From Eledone cirrhosa (lineage: Eukaryota): DNA of 64,000 nucleotides. Numbering within the stretch: position 1 is the stretch's first letter; each line of letters starts with the position of its first letter. The DNA lies in the NCBI GenBank assembly GCA_964016885.1, contig OZ024762.1:28148001-28212000 (forward strand), in the 5' to 3' direction. Of the stretch, positions 1 through 12,429 are shown in pieces. A program made the position numbers and the translations under genes. Under the pieces are notes generated by a model, which made no database searches, was not told where the DNA came from, and worked only from the letters and a program-made list of their open reading frames with translations.

Positions 1-200
1 GTATAGTTCGGCCTGTCCTCATGGGAGATGTATTGTATACTGTATATAGGCTTTAGCTTCGGCCTGTGCCCAGAGATTTCGGTCCTGTATCATAGCCTTT
101 GAGAGGTGCAATTGGGCAAGGTCAGTTCTATTACTTCATCCCAAGTCTTCCTGGGTCTCCCCACTCCAAGGCTTCCATCGACTTTGAGCACTCTGCATCA
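1..200 (-). mobile_element. RTE-type LINE 3' fragment
   Basis: Reverse strand reads GRPRKTWDEV-like RTE C-terminus; similar to 62450-62630. Confidence 0.7.
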
Positions 201-289
201 CACACACTCTCTTTCGCACCCTCTCTCTTTCTCTATCTCATATTCTAACCATCATCCTCATTTATCAACCTATTATTTCTATATTGCAG

Positions 290-372
290 CCACAATGAGC
301 CACCATGAAGCTGTACAGAGATTCAACTGTAATATATCTTACAGTGGTCTGATGCATGCTGTCACCCAAGAT
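290..372 (+). CDS. DNAJC13: DNAJC13 exon (window exon 1): TMSHHEAVQRFNCNISYSGLMHAVTQD
   Basis: ttgcag acceptor, gttagt donor; matches RFNANISYSGVLHAVTQD. Confidence 0.9.
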
Positions 373-800
373 GTTAGTAACTCTATATTTCTCTCCCTTT
401 TCTTGCCTCCTATGCATTAATGAAGCTTTGCTAATCTTTTAAATACAGAATAAGTAATATTCATTTCTTCACCAAACTTTAATAAAATTATAGTTGTAGA
501 CATAACAGAAGTCCGACGAGCTTTTGATTCCAGAGTCGGGCCAGATTGATACAGATTGAGCATTGAGCTGCTCAATCGCGAAATGTGCGTCAAACTTCAA
601 TCAATGAAATGAAGACAATACTTTGTCTTTTTGATTATTAGTATTATATTCTTAGTACTACACCATTATATCCACTGGAAACTACGCATAGAGTGCTCAC
701 TCTGGTGAACCTACAGTAACTGGACGTTACAATCACTAAGTATATATTTATATATATATAAAATAACAGGAGGCATGTACTGGTGTAAACACTTGAAAGG

Positions 801-867
801 TTTATTATACTATGATCATTTCAATGACCGGGTTCAGTATGAATCCAGTGACATCATCAGGTAATTC
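801..867 (-). ncRNA. Minimal type I hammerhead ribozyme motif (left arm of foldback 1)
   Basis: Minus strand: CUGAUGA - imperfect stem II hairpin - GAAA U GAUC A UA, with a palindromic stem III loop; stem I only ~3 bp. Confidence 0.55.
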
Positions 868-2830
868 AAAATATAACGAAGGAATATAGCAGATAAAAAT
901 CCATGGTGTTTGAATCAGAGACAGGAAGGCAGCTGGCAATTTAGCAGCTTCTAGCTCGGTTGGCCACCCTCGAGTGTTGATTATTAGGTCTACATATTAC
1001 CATCTGGTGTGGGGGCACAAGCCTTTAATGTACTACTACCATCCCGTCAGATGGAAACGTCAGCGCTGAGGTCACGCGTCAATCAGGCTGGAAATATATG
1101 CAAATATGCTCGAAATTACCACAAAATATATTTTTTCAAGAACAAACATCATCCACAAAGACAGACATAGAGATTAAAAAGGGAGAGAGTGTGTGTGAAT
1201 GAAAGAGATAGAAAGTGACCGAGAGAGAGTGGGGGAGAATGAAAGAGCGAGTGTGTGGGAGAATGAAAAAAAGGGAGAGTGTGGGTAAGTGATATAGAGA
1301 GAAGGTGACAATTAACATAAGGAGGCTTTTATGAAGAAGTTTAAGTGTAATATATATAGTCACGATAAATTGTCAGGGTAGTATATATAGTAAAATTATG
1401 CCCGTGCTAGCGGTCAATAAACAGCGACTGCGGACCCCGCGCCAGCCACCCCCTCCCACGTGCCAGCTGTTTTGAGTAATATCGTCTAGCGAAAGAAATG
1501 GAAATTAGTTTTTCCGAGCACTCCACGAATGTAACTGTCTTAGGCATCGGGTGTTCTAGTGCAGAGCCCCCCAGCGCCGACCGGCCATCGTATATACCAA
1601 GCGGTTGCTATTATATCACACAGGGTGGGGATTTAGTTAAATGCTAGTAGGAAGAGGCATGTTACAGCTAAAGGTTATGACTAAGCCTAGAATATAAAGG
1701 TACTATTTGGTGGTCAATGCTGGCAGTGTGGCGAGTCCCAAGCCCGGCCTGGCACTGGGTCGAAGCAGTGGTTCCGAGTAATTTTGTTTGTCGGGTGTGA
1801 ATAAATATTAATCGTCTGGTAACACGCGATGATCCGACGGATGTGGCGGATTTCCGGACTGCGCGCTGGGCACTCGGGCGTTTTAGCCTTCCTTGAGTGC
1901 TTGGAAATATAAATTTCCCCTTCTTTTGATAAACGAAATTACTCGGAACCACTGCTTCGACCCAGTGCCAGGCCGGGCTTGGGACTCGCCACACTGCCAG
2001 CATTGACCACCAAATAGTACCTTTATATTCTAGGCTTAGTCATAACCTTTAGCTGTAACATGCCTCTTCCTACTAGCATTTAACTAAATCCCCACCCTGT
2101 GTGATATAATAGCAACCGCTTGGTATATACGATGGCCGGTCGGCGCTGGGGGGCTCTGCACTAGAACAGCCGACGCCTAAGACAGTTACATTCGGGGAGT
2201 GCTCGGAAAAACTAATTTCCATTTCTTTCGCGAGACGATATTACTCAAAACAGCTGGCACGTGGGAGGGGGTGGCTGGCGCGGGGTCCGCAGTCGCTGTT
2301 TATTGACCGCTAGCACGGGCATAATTTTACTATATATACTACCCTGACAATTTATCGTGACTATATATATTACACTTAAACTTCTTCATAAAAGCCTCCT
2401 TATGTTAATTGTCACCTTCTCTCTATATCACTTACCCACACTCTCTCTGTCAACCTCTCTCTTTTTTTTTATTCTCCCACACTCTCTCTCTCTTTCATTC
2501 ACACACACACACTCTCTCCCTTTTTAATCTCTGTCTGTCTTTGTGGATGATGTTTGTTCTTGAAAAAATATATTTTGTGGTAATTTCGAGCATATTTGCA
2601 TATATTTCCAGCCTGATTGACACGTGACCTCAGCGCTGACATTTCCATCTGACGGGATGGTAGTAGTACATTAAAGGCTTGTGCCCCACACCAGATGGTA
2701 ATATGTAGACCTAATAATCAACACTTGAGGGTGGCCAACCGAGCTAGAAGCTGCTAAATTGCCAGCCGCCCTCCAATCTCTGATTCAAACACCATGGATT
2801 TTTATCTGTTATATTCCTTCGTTATATTTT

Positions 2831-2897
2831 GAATTACCTGATGATGTCACTGGATTCATACTGAACCCGGTCATTGAAAGGATCATAGTATAATAAA
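2831..2897 (+). ncRNA. Hammerhead motif, right arm of foldback 1 (stem III mutated)
   Basis: CTGATGA 2838-2844, GAAA 2876-2879, then GGATCA rather than TGATCA; AATAAA follows. Confidence 0.5.
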
Positions 2898-3060
2898 CCT
2901 TTCAAGGATTTACACCAGTACATGCCTCCTGTTATTTTATATACAACTACACAAACGAAGACGGGTGAGTTGCATTACGTTGAGTGCTTTCCATAATATT
3001 ACATCGAGGTTGACCACACAGAATGACCAGTTCTATCCAGTGGTGAACCAACAAACCCAA

Positions 3061-3094
<34 letters not shown>

Positions 3095-3097
<3 letters not shown>

Positions 3098-3775
3098 TGT
3101 ATACCGATTAATGTTCAGAGCCATCCTCAGCATTCTCGTGTAGCACCCATCCACCATCTGAGTGAGTTTCTTGGTCAGTGTCCAAGTCTGAGACCCATAC
3201 AGCAGCACAGACTCCACTACAGTAATGAAGAGATGGATTTTCAGGTCTTTACAAAGGTCCGACTTCCACACCGATCTCAAGCTGTGGCACGCCGCCCAGG
3301 CTTTGCTCTTCCTCTCAACCTCATCATCTATCGTATTCCCAATCTTTGCTCCCAAATACAGGAAGTCCTCAACCAATTCTAGCGGCTTCCCGCCTACATT
3401 AGTGATCCCCTCTGGCTTCTCAACATTCTCTACCAGATATTTTGTTTTAGTCTCATTCATTCTCAGCCCCACACTGAGGATGAAAAACTCAGAGCTATAT
3501 GGGAGCCTCCCAAAAGTCAGCTCAAAAGTGACACAGAGGAGACTGAGGTTAGCTTGACATGCTCACCAACATCCAGAGTTGACATTGCACTCAGTGCTCC
3601 TGTGGGAGCCCCTACATGGCCACACTGGAAGAGGAAGACCAAGGTTAACGTATGTTGATGCCCTAAGGACAGACACTGGTCTGTTGGAGACGCAGGACAT
3701 GGCAGCGATAATGAGGGACAGAGACCGCTGGAGAGAACTCATTCATGGATCTTGGGAATTTTACCCGCCCTAGAA
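3095..3775. mobile_element. RTE-type LINE fragment with 5' inversion (3095-3470 minus, 3471-3775 plus)
   Basis: Minus part: FLYLG...VLLYGSQTWTLT...RMLRMALNI. Plus part continues RMKNSELYG...RRLRLA...GRPRLTYVD. Confidence 0.85.
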
Positions 3776-3878
3776 ATATATATATATACACACACACACA
3801 TACATACATAGGTATGTATATAGTAAATATATAAATATGTATTATAAATACATATGTATATATATATAGAAATAGATT

Positions 3879-3929
<51 letters not shown>

Positions 3930-4344
3930 AATAAACATATGGAACAATCACAGGGAATAATTTGTAAAGTATGAAAGGACTACTGTGATTTACTGATTAA
4001 TTGGTGAAATATATTTTATATTTAAAGAAATATATACAAAGGAGATTAATCATTTTAAAAGGTATCTATATTTGAAGTTCTAGTTAAACTTTAATAGGTT
4101 ACTTACTTAGCTATGTGTGCTTTCATACTTTACAAATTATTCCCTGTGATTGTTCCATATGTTTATTTTATATATATATATCAATCTATTTCTAGTTGAT
4201 ATAAAATACTCGGATCTATTCATTGGAATATTTGAGCTTATTCTGCAGTGGATATGGCGCATGTCTCTCAGACATGACAACCCTTTAGCATTCGCATTCA
4301 TTTTCAAACGTCATGCTTATCTGTTCGCATTATTTTCAGTTAAT

Positions 4345-4530
4345 CGTGGATTGGCAGTATCGGTAGAGGGTCAGACACCATGCTTTCCAGCATAGTTACA
4401 TCCCTTAACGATCTGAGTTCAAATCCCGCCGAGGTTAACTTTGCCTTTCATCCTTCGGGGTCGATAAAATAAAGTACCAGTAATGTACTGGGTAATTGCT
4501 GGCCTTGTGCCAAAAAGTAGAAACAATTAT
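4345..4530 (+). mobile_element. tRNA-derived SINE (dominant family in window)
   Basis: A box TGGCAGTATCGG, B box GTTCAAATCC, conserved body TTTGCCTTTCATCCTT...GATAAAATAAAGTACCAGT, (ATT)n tail; many similar copies. Confidence 0.8.
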
Positions 4531-4689
4531 TTTCAGTTAATCGTACTCAAGAGGGTTATCAATTTTATTTGTTTGTAATTTTCTTAATTTTCTATGTGCA
4601 GATTTGAAATTTTGTCAGATGTTTAAATATCAATAATTTACAATTATATAATTTTACCTGATTTTTTTTGGTCACATTTGACTTTTATG

Positions 4690-5498
4690 GGCAGGTGAAA
4701 TTAATTAATAGGGGCATTTGAAGTATCAACCAGGTGAAAATACTGGTTTAATTTTAAATACGTTGTTTTCAGCATAATACTTGATATATAAGAATCACTA
4801 AACCTTATATCAGTGTTCCAGTAATTCCACAGTCTTGGAAATTGTTTTAAACTGAATATAATATTTACGGTAAAAAAATGCTTGCATTTCTGCAGCATCT
4901 ATCGGTCGCCATAACAGATCGGACTTTCCTCGATTTGAAATGTTGTTGTTGGGCATATCGATTAATCTCTTCTGCCATAACTTTAAAGAAAGTTTGTGGT
5001 AAAAACAAAAAGAAATAATCCAGTGCTTTAGCATCGGGAGCTAACGTGTGTTGTGGACTGGTATTTTGAATAAAATCGGGAACATATATTAGTGTGGTAT
5101 TTTTTAACCATATTGCTGAAATATTTTCAATGGCACCCTGGAGTCTCCTTCGTTTTCACTTTCAAAACAATCACCGTCGGACGAAATTTCAGAAATATAA
5201 ACATCAGATTCATTTGAAGATAAATCATTAATATTATTGTTTGTTACTTGTTTATTCTGAATGTCGTTTCAAAGTTAAAAAAACACTTGTTGTATTAAGT
5301 TGTTTCACTATATTAAGTGTTAATTTTCGCGGTAAAGGCCTAATCTCGCAGCATCTCGAATTGACGAAACTTTGATGATGGTTTGTTTATTTTTAGAACG
5401 ATTTTTTAGTGTGGGTGTTTTCGGGCGATTTCGGGCGGTTTGAACAAATGAAGGGGAAATAATTTCGGGCGATTTCGGGCGGTTTCAACACTAAAGGG
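4690..5498 (-). mobile_element. piggyBac transposon relic (5' end and transposase fragment)
   Basis: Terminus TTAA-CCCTTTAG on minus strand; subterminal TTTCGGGCGATTTCGGGCGG repeats; peptides WRPIDAAEMQAFF and PRLWNYWNTD...LNQYFHLVD typical of piggyBac transposase. Confidence 0.75.
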
Positions 5499-5755
5499 TT
5501 AATGTAATTTTTGGACATATCTGTATATATATATATCTATATCTGTGTGTGTGTGTATATATGTACGTATACAATAAAATAACAATGCAGGGAGCACTGG
5601 TGCATTTTATGATGGCACTGAATTCCCCTCTCAAACCGTATATTGTCCCCATTTGTTACATAAATCTGTTACATAAATCCCACCACAGTCACCATTAAAA
5701 AAGAAAGTAGGAAGTCCTTTGCTATATATTTTCTATTCCCAAATATCTTCAACAG

Positions 5756-5928
5756 GGCCTATTTGCTGAGAACAAGGAGAAGTTGATTAATGCTGCCTTG
5801 ACAGGTTTACTTGAACGTGAGGGTGACCAAAATAACATCACATCTGAAGCTTTAGAGGCTCAGTTCCAAGCATTGCGTCGACTGGTCGCTTCCAAAGCTG
5901 GTTTTCAAGCCTTCACTAGCCTCATCAA
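5756..5928 (+). CDS. DNAJC13: DNAJC13 exon 2: [19 protein letters not shown]...[18 protein letters not shown]
   Basis: aacag acceptor, gtaaga donor; conserved [10 protein letters not shown]. Confidence 0.95.
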
Positions 5929-5957
5929 GTAAGATTATTATTATTATTATTATTATA

Positions 5958-6782
5958 GGGGGATGGATTTGAAGTATCGGTAGAGCGTCAGACACCATGC
6001 TTCATGGCATAGTTACGACCCTTTATTATCTGAGTTCAAATCCCGCCGAGGTTAAATTTGCCTTTCATCCTTACAGGGTCGATAAAATAAAGCACCAGTA
6101 ACATACTGGGGTCGATTTAATCGACTTTCCCCTCCCCCAAATTACTGGTCTTGTGCCTATACTAGAAATCATTATTATTATAGTGGGGTGGATTGACAGT
6201 ATCGGTAGTGTTGGACACCATACTTCATGGTGTAGTTATGTCCCTTTATGTTCTGAGTTCAAATCTTGCCGATGTCAGCTTTGCCTTTCATCTTTACGAG
6301 GTCGATAAAATAAGTACCAGTAATGAACTGGGGTCGATTTAATGGACTTTCCCTTTCCCCCAAAATTGTTGACCATGTGCCTAAATCAGAAATCATTTGG
6401 CAGTAATGGTAGAGGGTTGGACGCCATGCTTTGACGCATAGTTACGGCCCTTTATGGTCTGAGTTCAAATCCCGCCGAGGTTGACTTTGCCTTTCATCCT
6501 TACGGGGGCGATAAAATAAAGTAGCAGTAATGCACTGAGTAATTGCTGGCCTTGTTCCAAACGTAGAAACAATTATTTAAGGGCAGTGAATTGGAAGAAT
6601 TGGTAGAGCATTGAACAACATGCTTTATGGAATATTGTTACGGCCATTTACATTGTGTTGAAATCCTGCCAAGGTTAGCTTAAAGGGTCGATAAAATAAA
6701 GTACCTGTAATGCACTTGGGTAAATTTAATCTACTTTCCCCCTCCCTTACAAATTGCTGACCTTGTGCCTAAAGTAGAAATA
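5958..6782 (+). mobile_element. Tandem cluster of four tRNA-derived SINEs
   Basis: Four head-to-tail copies similar to 4345-4530. Confidence 0.8.
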
Positions 6783-6825
6783 ATTAAGTGTGGTTGGCAC
6801 AGTGAATATAGTAGCTGTATCTTTC

Positions 6826-7365
6826 ACACACATTCACTAACATGCACACACACACACACACACTCATACACTCCCACTCACATCCCCACTTACATATGCA
6901 CTTTCACTCACATACACACTCCCACTCATACACTTTCACACACACTCACTCATACACACACACTCGTTCATACACATACAGGCACGCATACACTCATACT
7001 CACTCTTACACTGACATGCTTATACTCACACTCAGATACATACTCAGTCTCGCATACATACACACACAAAGCCACGTACACACACATTCACATGCACACA
7101 CACACATTCACATGCACACACTCACATTCACACAGCCACACACTCACACACACACAGCCACACACTCACACACACACACTCAGACACACACACTCAGACA
7201 CACACACTCAGACACACACACTCAGACACACACACTCAGACACACACACTCAGACACACACACTCAGACACACACACACAGACACACTCAGACACACTCA
7301 GACACACTCAGACACACACATACACACTCAGACACACACACTGACACACTCAGACACACACACAG
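6826..7365. repeat. (CA)-rich compound microsatellite including CACACACACTCAGA units
   Basis: Visible periodicity. Confidence 0.9.
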
Positions 7366-7420
7366 TCAGATATTTTATGCTATATGTTCAATTGACGAAA
7401 TTTTGTCTCTTTTCTTCCAG

Positions 7421-7520
7421 AATGCGAGAAAGAGTTGGAATAAAGGTTGTGAAAGCACTGAAACGTAACGATGATGCAGTCACCCATGCAGCTGTTGATA
7501 TGCTGTGTGCACTGATGCAG
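7421..7520 (+). CDS. DNAJC13: DNAJC13 exon 3: [33 protein letters not shown]
   Basis: ttccag / gtaaac; conserved [11 protein letters not shown]. Confidence 0.95.
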
Positions 7521-8045
7521 GTAAACACCACAACCACCCCACAGCCCATCCCCCACCATCACACCCACCCATATATTTGTGTGTGTGTATATATATGTAT
7601 ATATAAAGTAATGTAGTTAATAAGGCAGTGTGTATATATGTGTGGGTGTATGTGTGTATCATCATCATCGTTTAACGTCTATCTTCCATGCTAGCATGGG
7701 TTAAGACGGGAATTGTCCCACTTAAGGCAAGATTAGTCGGGAGACCGTATCTCGCTCGTATATACCCCCCCCCCAGCCCACACTGTAAAGTGGACATGTA
7801 AAAGACACGACAAAAAGCACCCAGCACACACTGTCAATGTGGTTGGCGTTAGGAACGGCATCTAGCCGTAGAAAACTAGCCAGAAACAGTTCTATACAAG
7901 CGAGACACAGGCACTCAACCTAACAAACCCGTCTAACCCATGCTAGTCTGAAAGACGGACGTTTGTAGATGATACACACACATATATATAAAAGTGTGTA
8001 TGTATATATAACTCATACCCTTCCTGTCACCACCATTATTATAAT

Positions 8046-8975
8046 CTCTCTCACTCACTCACTCTCACTCGCTCACACTCTCTCACTCGCTCGCTCACTC
8101 TCACTTACTCACACTCGCTTACTCTCACTCACTCACACTCACTCACTCACTCTCTCATTCACACTCACTCTTGCTCACTCTCACTTGCTCACTCTCATTC
8201 ACTCACTCTCATTCACTCCCTCTCACTCACTCACTCATGCACTCACTCACTCACTCACTCACTCACTCACTCACTCACTCACTCACTCACTCACTCACTC
8301 ACTCACTCACTCACTCACTCACTCACTCACTCACTCACTCACTCACTCACTCACTCACTCACTCACTCACTCACTCACTCACTCACTCACTCACTCGCTC
8401 ACTCACTTGCTCACTCACTCGCTCACTCACTTGCTCACTCACTCGCTCACTCACTTGCTCACTCACTCGCTCGCTCACTCACTCACTCGCTCACTCACTC
8501 GCTCGCTCGCTCGCTCGCTCGCTCACTCGCTCTCTAGCTGTCTCTCTAACTCTCTCTCTAACTCTATCTCTAACTCTCTCTCTAACTCTCTCTCTAACTC
8601 TAACTCTCTCTCTCTCTCTCTCTCTAACTCTAACTCTCTCTCTCTAACTCTCTCTCTAACTCTAACTCTCTAACTAACTCTCTCTCTCTAACTCTAACTC
8701 TCTAACTAACTCTCTCTCTCTAACTCTCTCTCTCTAACTCTCTCTCTCTAACTCTCTCTCTCTAACTCTAACTCTCTCTCTAACTCTCTCTCTCTCTAAC
8801 TCTAACTCTCTCTCTCTAACTCTAACTCTCTCTCTAACTCTAACTCTCTCTCTCTCTAACTCTAACTCTCTCTCTCTCTAACTCTAACTCTCTCTCTCTC
8901 TAACTCTCTCTCTCTCTCTCTAACTCTAACTCTCTCTCTCTAACTCTAACTCTCTCTCTCTCTAACTCTCTCTTT
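8046..8975. repeat. (CTCA)n grading into (CT)n/CTCTAA microsatellite, ending at the exon 4 acceptor
   Basis: Visible periodicity. Confidence 0.95.
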
Positions 8976-8987
8976 CACTAATTGCAG

Positions 8988-9095
8988 CCAATGCATGATG
9001 ACTATGACATCCGACAGGAACAGATGAATAAATTTTCCCTGATGTCTTCTCGAAAATTCCTTGAAAATCTTCTGGAGATGTTCAATTATCATGTG
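8988..9095 (+). CDS. DNAJC13: DNAJC13 exon 4: [36 protein letters not shown]
   Basis: ttgcag / gtaagt; conserved PMHDDYD.RQEQ.NK. Confidence 0.95.
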
Positions 9096-9124
9096 GTAAG
9101 TTCTTACAGAAATATCCATATATA

Positions 9125-9931
9125 CACACTTACATAGATACTTACATAGACACTTACATAGATACTTACATAGACACTTACATAGACACTTACATAGACA
9201 CTTACATAGACACTTACATAGACACTTACATAGACACTTACATAGACACTTACACAGACACTTACACAGACACTTCCACAGACACTTCCACAGACACTTC
9301 CACAGACACTTCCACAGACACTTACACAGACACTTACACAGACACTTACACAGACACTTACACAGACACTTACACAGACACTTACACAGACACTTACACA
9401 GACACTTACACAGACACTTACACAGACACTTACACAGACACTTACACAGACACTTACACAGACACTTACACAGACACTTACACAGACACTTACACAGACA
9501 CTTCCACAGACACTTCCACAGACACTTCCACAGACACTTACACAGACACTTACACAGACACTTACACAGACACTTACACAGACACTTACACAGACACTTA
9601 CACAGACACTTACACAGACACTTACACAGACACTTACACAGACACTTACACAGACACTTACAGACACTTACACAGACACTTACACAGACACTTACACAGA
9701 CACTTACACAGACACTTACACAGACACTTACACAGACACTTACACAGACACTTACACAGACACTTACACAGACACTTACACAGACACTTCCACAGACACT
9801 TCCACAGACACTTCCACAGACACTTCCACAGACACTTCCACAGACACTTACACAGACACTTACACAGACACTTACACAGACACTTACACAGACACTTACA
9901 CAGACACTTACATAGACACTTACATAGACAC
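9125..9931. repeat. 12-bp minisatellite CACAGACACTTA
   Basis: Tandem units with CATAG and TTCC variants. Confidence 0.95.
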
Positions 9932-10197
9932 TGAAGTTCAGCTATCATGTAAGTTATCTTACGGAAATATCCATATATATACACTTACATACATACTTAT
10001 AGACACTTACATACACTTACATAGACTTACATCTGGGGATGTTCAACTATCATGTGGTAAGTTATTTTACAGAAATATCCATATATGCATACTTTCATAC
10101 ATACTTACATACACTTACGTAGACACTTACACTTACATCTGAAGATGTTGAACTATCATGTAAGTTATCTTACAGAAATATCCCTATATAGACATAT

Positions 10198-10412
10198 ACA
10201 GCTGCATAAAAAGGTGCAGAGCACTATAAGCCGATGGAAGCCACGGAGTGGGGAGACACAAGAAGACCTGGGATGAGGTGATAAAGGCCGACCTTACTCA
10301 ATTGCACCTCTCAAGGGCAATGACACATGACCGTGACCTCTGGCGTCACACAGTAATACAGAAGACCCGACCCTCCACAGGAACAAGCCGAAGCTGAAAC
10401 ATAGACAATATG
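10198..10412 (+). mobile_element. RTE LINE 3' fragment
   Basis: Reverse complement of 62440-62645 (KTWDEVIKADLTQLHLS). Confidence 0.75.
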
Positions 10413-10480
10413 TATTAAGTATTTCTGTAGGAAAGGTAAAGGAAAGAAGAGTGCTCTATGTATAGTACAGAGCTATTTAT

Positions 10481-10722
10481 TTATGTAATAAACAACACAA
10501 TCTAATTATTCCATTACCCAAGGTTTCACGAAGTTAGACGATTCTTACAGAAACATCTGATATCGCTCATCAGATGAAATATCTTTATTATGGATCTAAG
10601 ATATGAAATTAAAATCCTTTTTAATATCTTATATCCATAATAAAGATCTTTCATCTGTTAGAATCATCTAACTTCGCAAAACTTTTGGGTGATGGAATAA
10701 TTATATTGTGTTAATTACATAA
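10481..10722. mobile_element. Palindromic MITE-like hairpin (~240 bp)
   Basis: AATTATTCCATTACCCAA / TTGGGTGATGGAATAATT and inner CTTTATTATGGAT / ATCCATAATAAAG are inverted. Confidence 0.7.
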
Positions 10723-10908
10723 TTGTTTCTACTTTAGGCACAAGGCCAGCAATTACCCAGTGCATTACTGGTACTTTATTTTATCGACCCCGTAAGGATG
10801 AAAGGCAAAGTCAACCTCGGCGGGATTTGAACTCAGATCGTAAAGGGACGTAACTATGCTGGAAAGCATGGCGTCCGACCCTCTACCGATACTGCCAATC
10901 CACCGCCC
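10722..10908 (-). mobile_element. tRNA-derived SINE
   Basis: Reverse complement of the 4345 family. Confidence 0.8.
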
Positions 10909-11707
10909 TTGTGGTTAATTACATAATATAGAGTAAATATACAGTAATGCAAATGCTAGAGGGTTAAAAAGTATATATGATTCAATTTAAACCCAGCCAT
11001 ATTCAGCTAGAATTCTCTCACCTCTTCTGTTCAAACTAGCTGTAACTGGCCATTCATACTGATGTTAAGGTATTGTTCTCAAAATAAATATCAAAATCTC
11101 AGATTTGATATTATGTGAGATAATTATGAGATAAAGCCTTTACCACAAAAATACAATGGAGTAAATATAGAGTAATGTAAATGCTAAAGGATTAAAAAAA
11201 TATACAATGTACCACTGGCATTTGTGGTCTCGGTTATTCACGGAATTTTCCTTAGAACCTAAATAATAATTATTCGTAGAAACCACCGCATATTCATGAA
11301 ATTGTAAATATCTTCCGCAATTTTTTTAATGTTTTTTTTTGTGGCAATATATTTTGTAACGCTAAATTAACAACAATATACCGTATTTGTTGGCCTATTA
11401 GGCACCCCTTTGCATAAGACTCTCCCTCTTTTCTTATTATATTTTACGTTATATTTTAACGTTTATAGGCATTTTTATGGACCAGGTCCAATATTTGCAG
11501 TTTTTCACTCTTCACGAGTGCTCTAGGAATGTAACCCCTGTAAATACCAGGGGACCACTGTATATATATCAATTTAATACCATCCATCCTCTGAAACTGC
11601 TCTTCCTTCCCTCACACACAATTCTTTGTTTCCGACCCACCCCCCTCTCTCTCCTCTCCCTCCCAGGGTAAAATCTTGATTGATTGAATATTAATCACCT
11701 TCCACAG

Positions 11708-11863
11708 GTACATGCTACAGGTGCATTAGTCATTTCGTCAATGTTGGATTTTTTAACGTTTGCCCTGTGTGCTCCATACAGTGAAACTACAGAGGGTGCT
11801 CACTTCGACACCATGTTGGAAATGGTTGCTGCCAATGGAAGAATTGTCTTCAAATTATTTCAG
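11708..11863 (+). CDS. DNAJC13: DNAJC13 exon 5: [30 protein letters not shown]...FKLFQ
   Basis: cacag / gttcgt; conserved [23 protein letters not shown]. Confidence 0.95.
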
Positions 11864-12316
11864 GTTCGTTTTTCTGTTTTTTTTATTTGTTTTTTTTTAA
11901 ATTTTATTTTAAAAAAAAATTGTTGTTGTTTTTCAGGTTTTTCTTATTTTTCTTTTTTTTTTGTTTATTTCTTTTGTTCTTTCTTTTATATTTTTTTTGA
12001 GATGGAAAAACTATAGTAAAAGAGTGGCTGGTGTTTCAGTATCTATGCTCTGTGTGTGTGTTTGTGTGTCTGTATGAATGTGTGTTTGTGTGAATGTGTA
12101 TGTGTGTTTGTGCGTTTATATTTAGTCTCATACATATAAATGTATGCACATACACACATGTACATACACATATACACATACGCGTCAGCATGTTGAAAAA
12201 AAATCCTTGTAATTGTAAATTCAACATCCTTACCACTATGCCACGTGACTCCACTATATGTTGCCAATGTATGAGTGTCTCTTCTATATATTATATTCTC
12301 CTCTATCTATTTCCAG

Positions 12317-12373
12317 CATCCATCTATGGCCATTGTGAAAGGTGCTGGGATGGTGATGAAAGCCATCATTGAG
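12317..12373 (+). CDS. DNAJC13: DNAJC13 exon 6: HPSMAIVKGAGMVMKAIIE
   Basis: ttccag / gttagt; conserved peptide. Confidence 0.95.
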
Positions 12374-12429
12374 GTTAGTTGTAAAGCTTCTGCTAGAAAC
12401 TTTTTTTCTTTGGAAATCGTAATATGTCA

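Larger units (their letters stand above)
757..3065. mobile_element. Foldback element 1: ~1 kb inverted arms (757-1792 / 1928-2943), ~135 bp spacer, one-sided tail 2944-3065; probably Penelope-derived
   Basis: Arms are near-perfect reverse complements (AAATAACAGGAGGCATGTAC ... GTACATGCCTCCTGTTATTT); (TA)n on both flanks; hammerhead motif near each outer end. Confidence 0.85.

Noticed and set aside
1668-2003. 111-aa ORF across the centre of foldback 1
   Set aside because: No recognisable motif; spans the inversion junction in GC-rich sequence where chance ORFs are common
8548-8970. Telomere-like CTCTAA repeats
   Set aside because: Irregular (CT)nAA microsatellite, not a CCCTAA array
6765-9984. 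His/Thr-, Ser/Leu- and Cys-rich ORFs (metallothionein- or keratin-like appearance)
   Set aside because: Translations of (CA)n, (CTCA)n and 12-bp repeats
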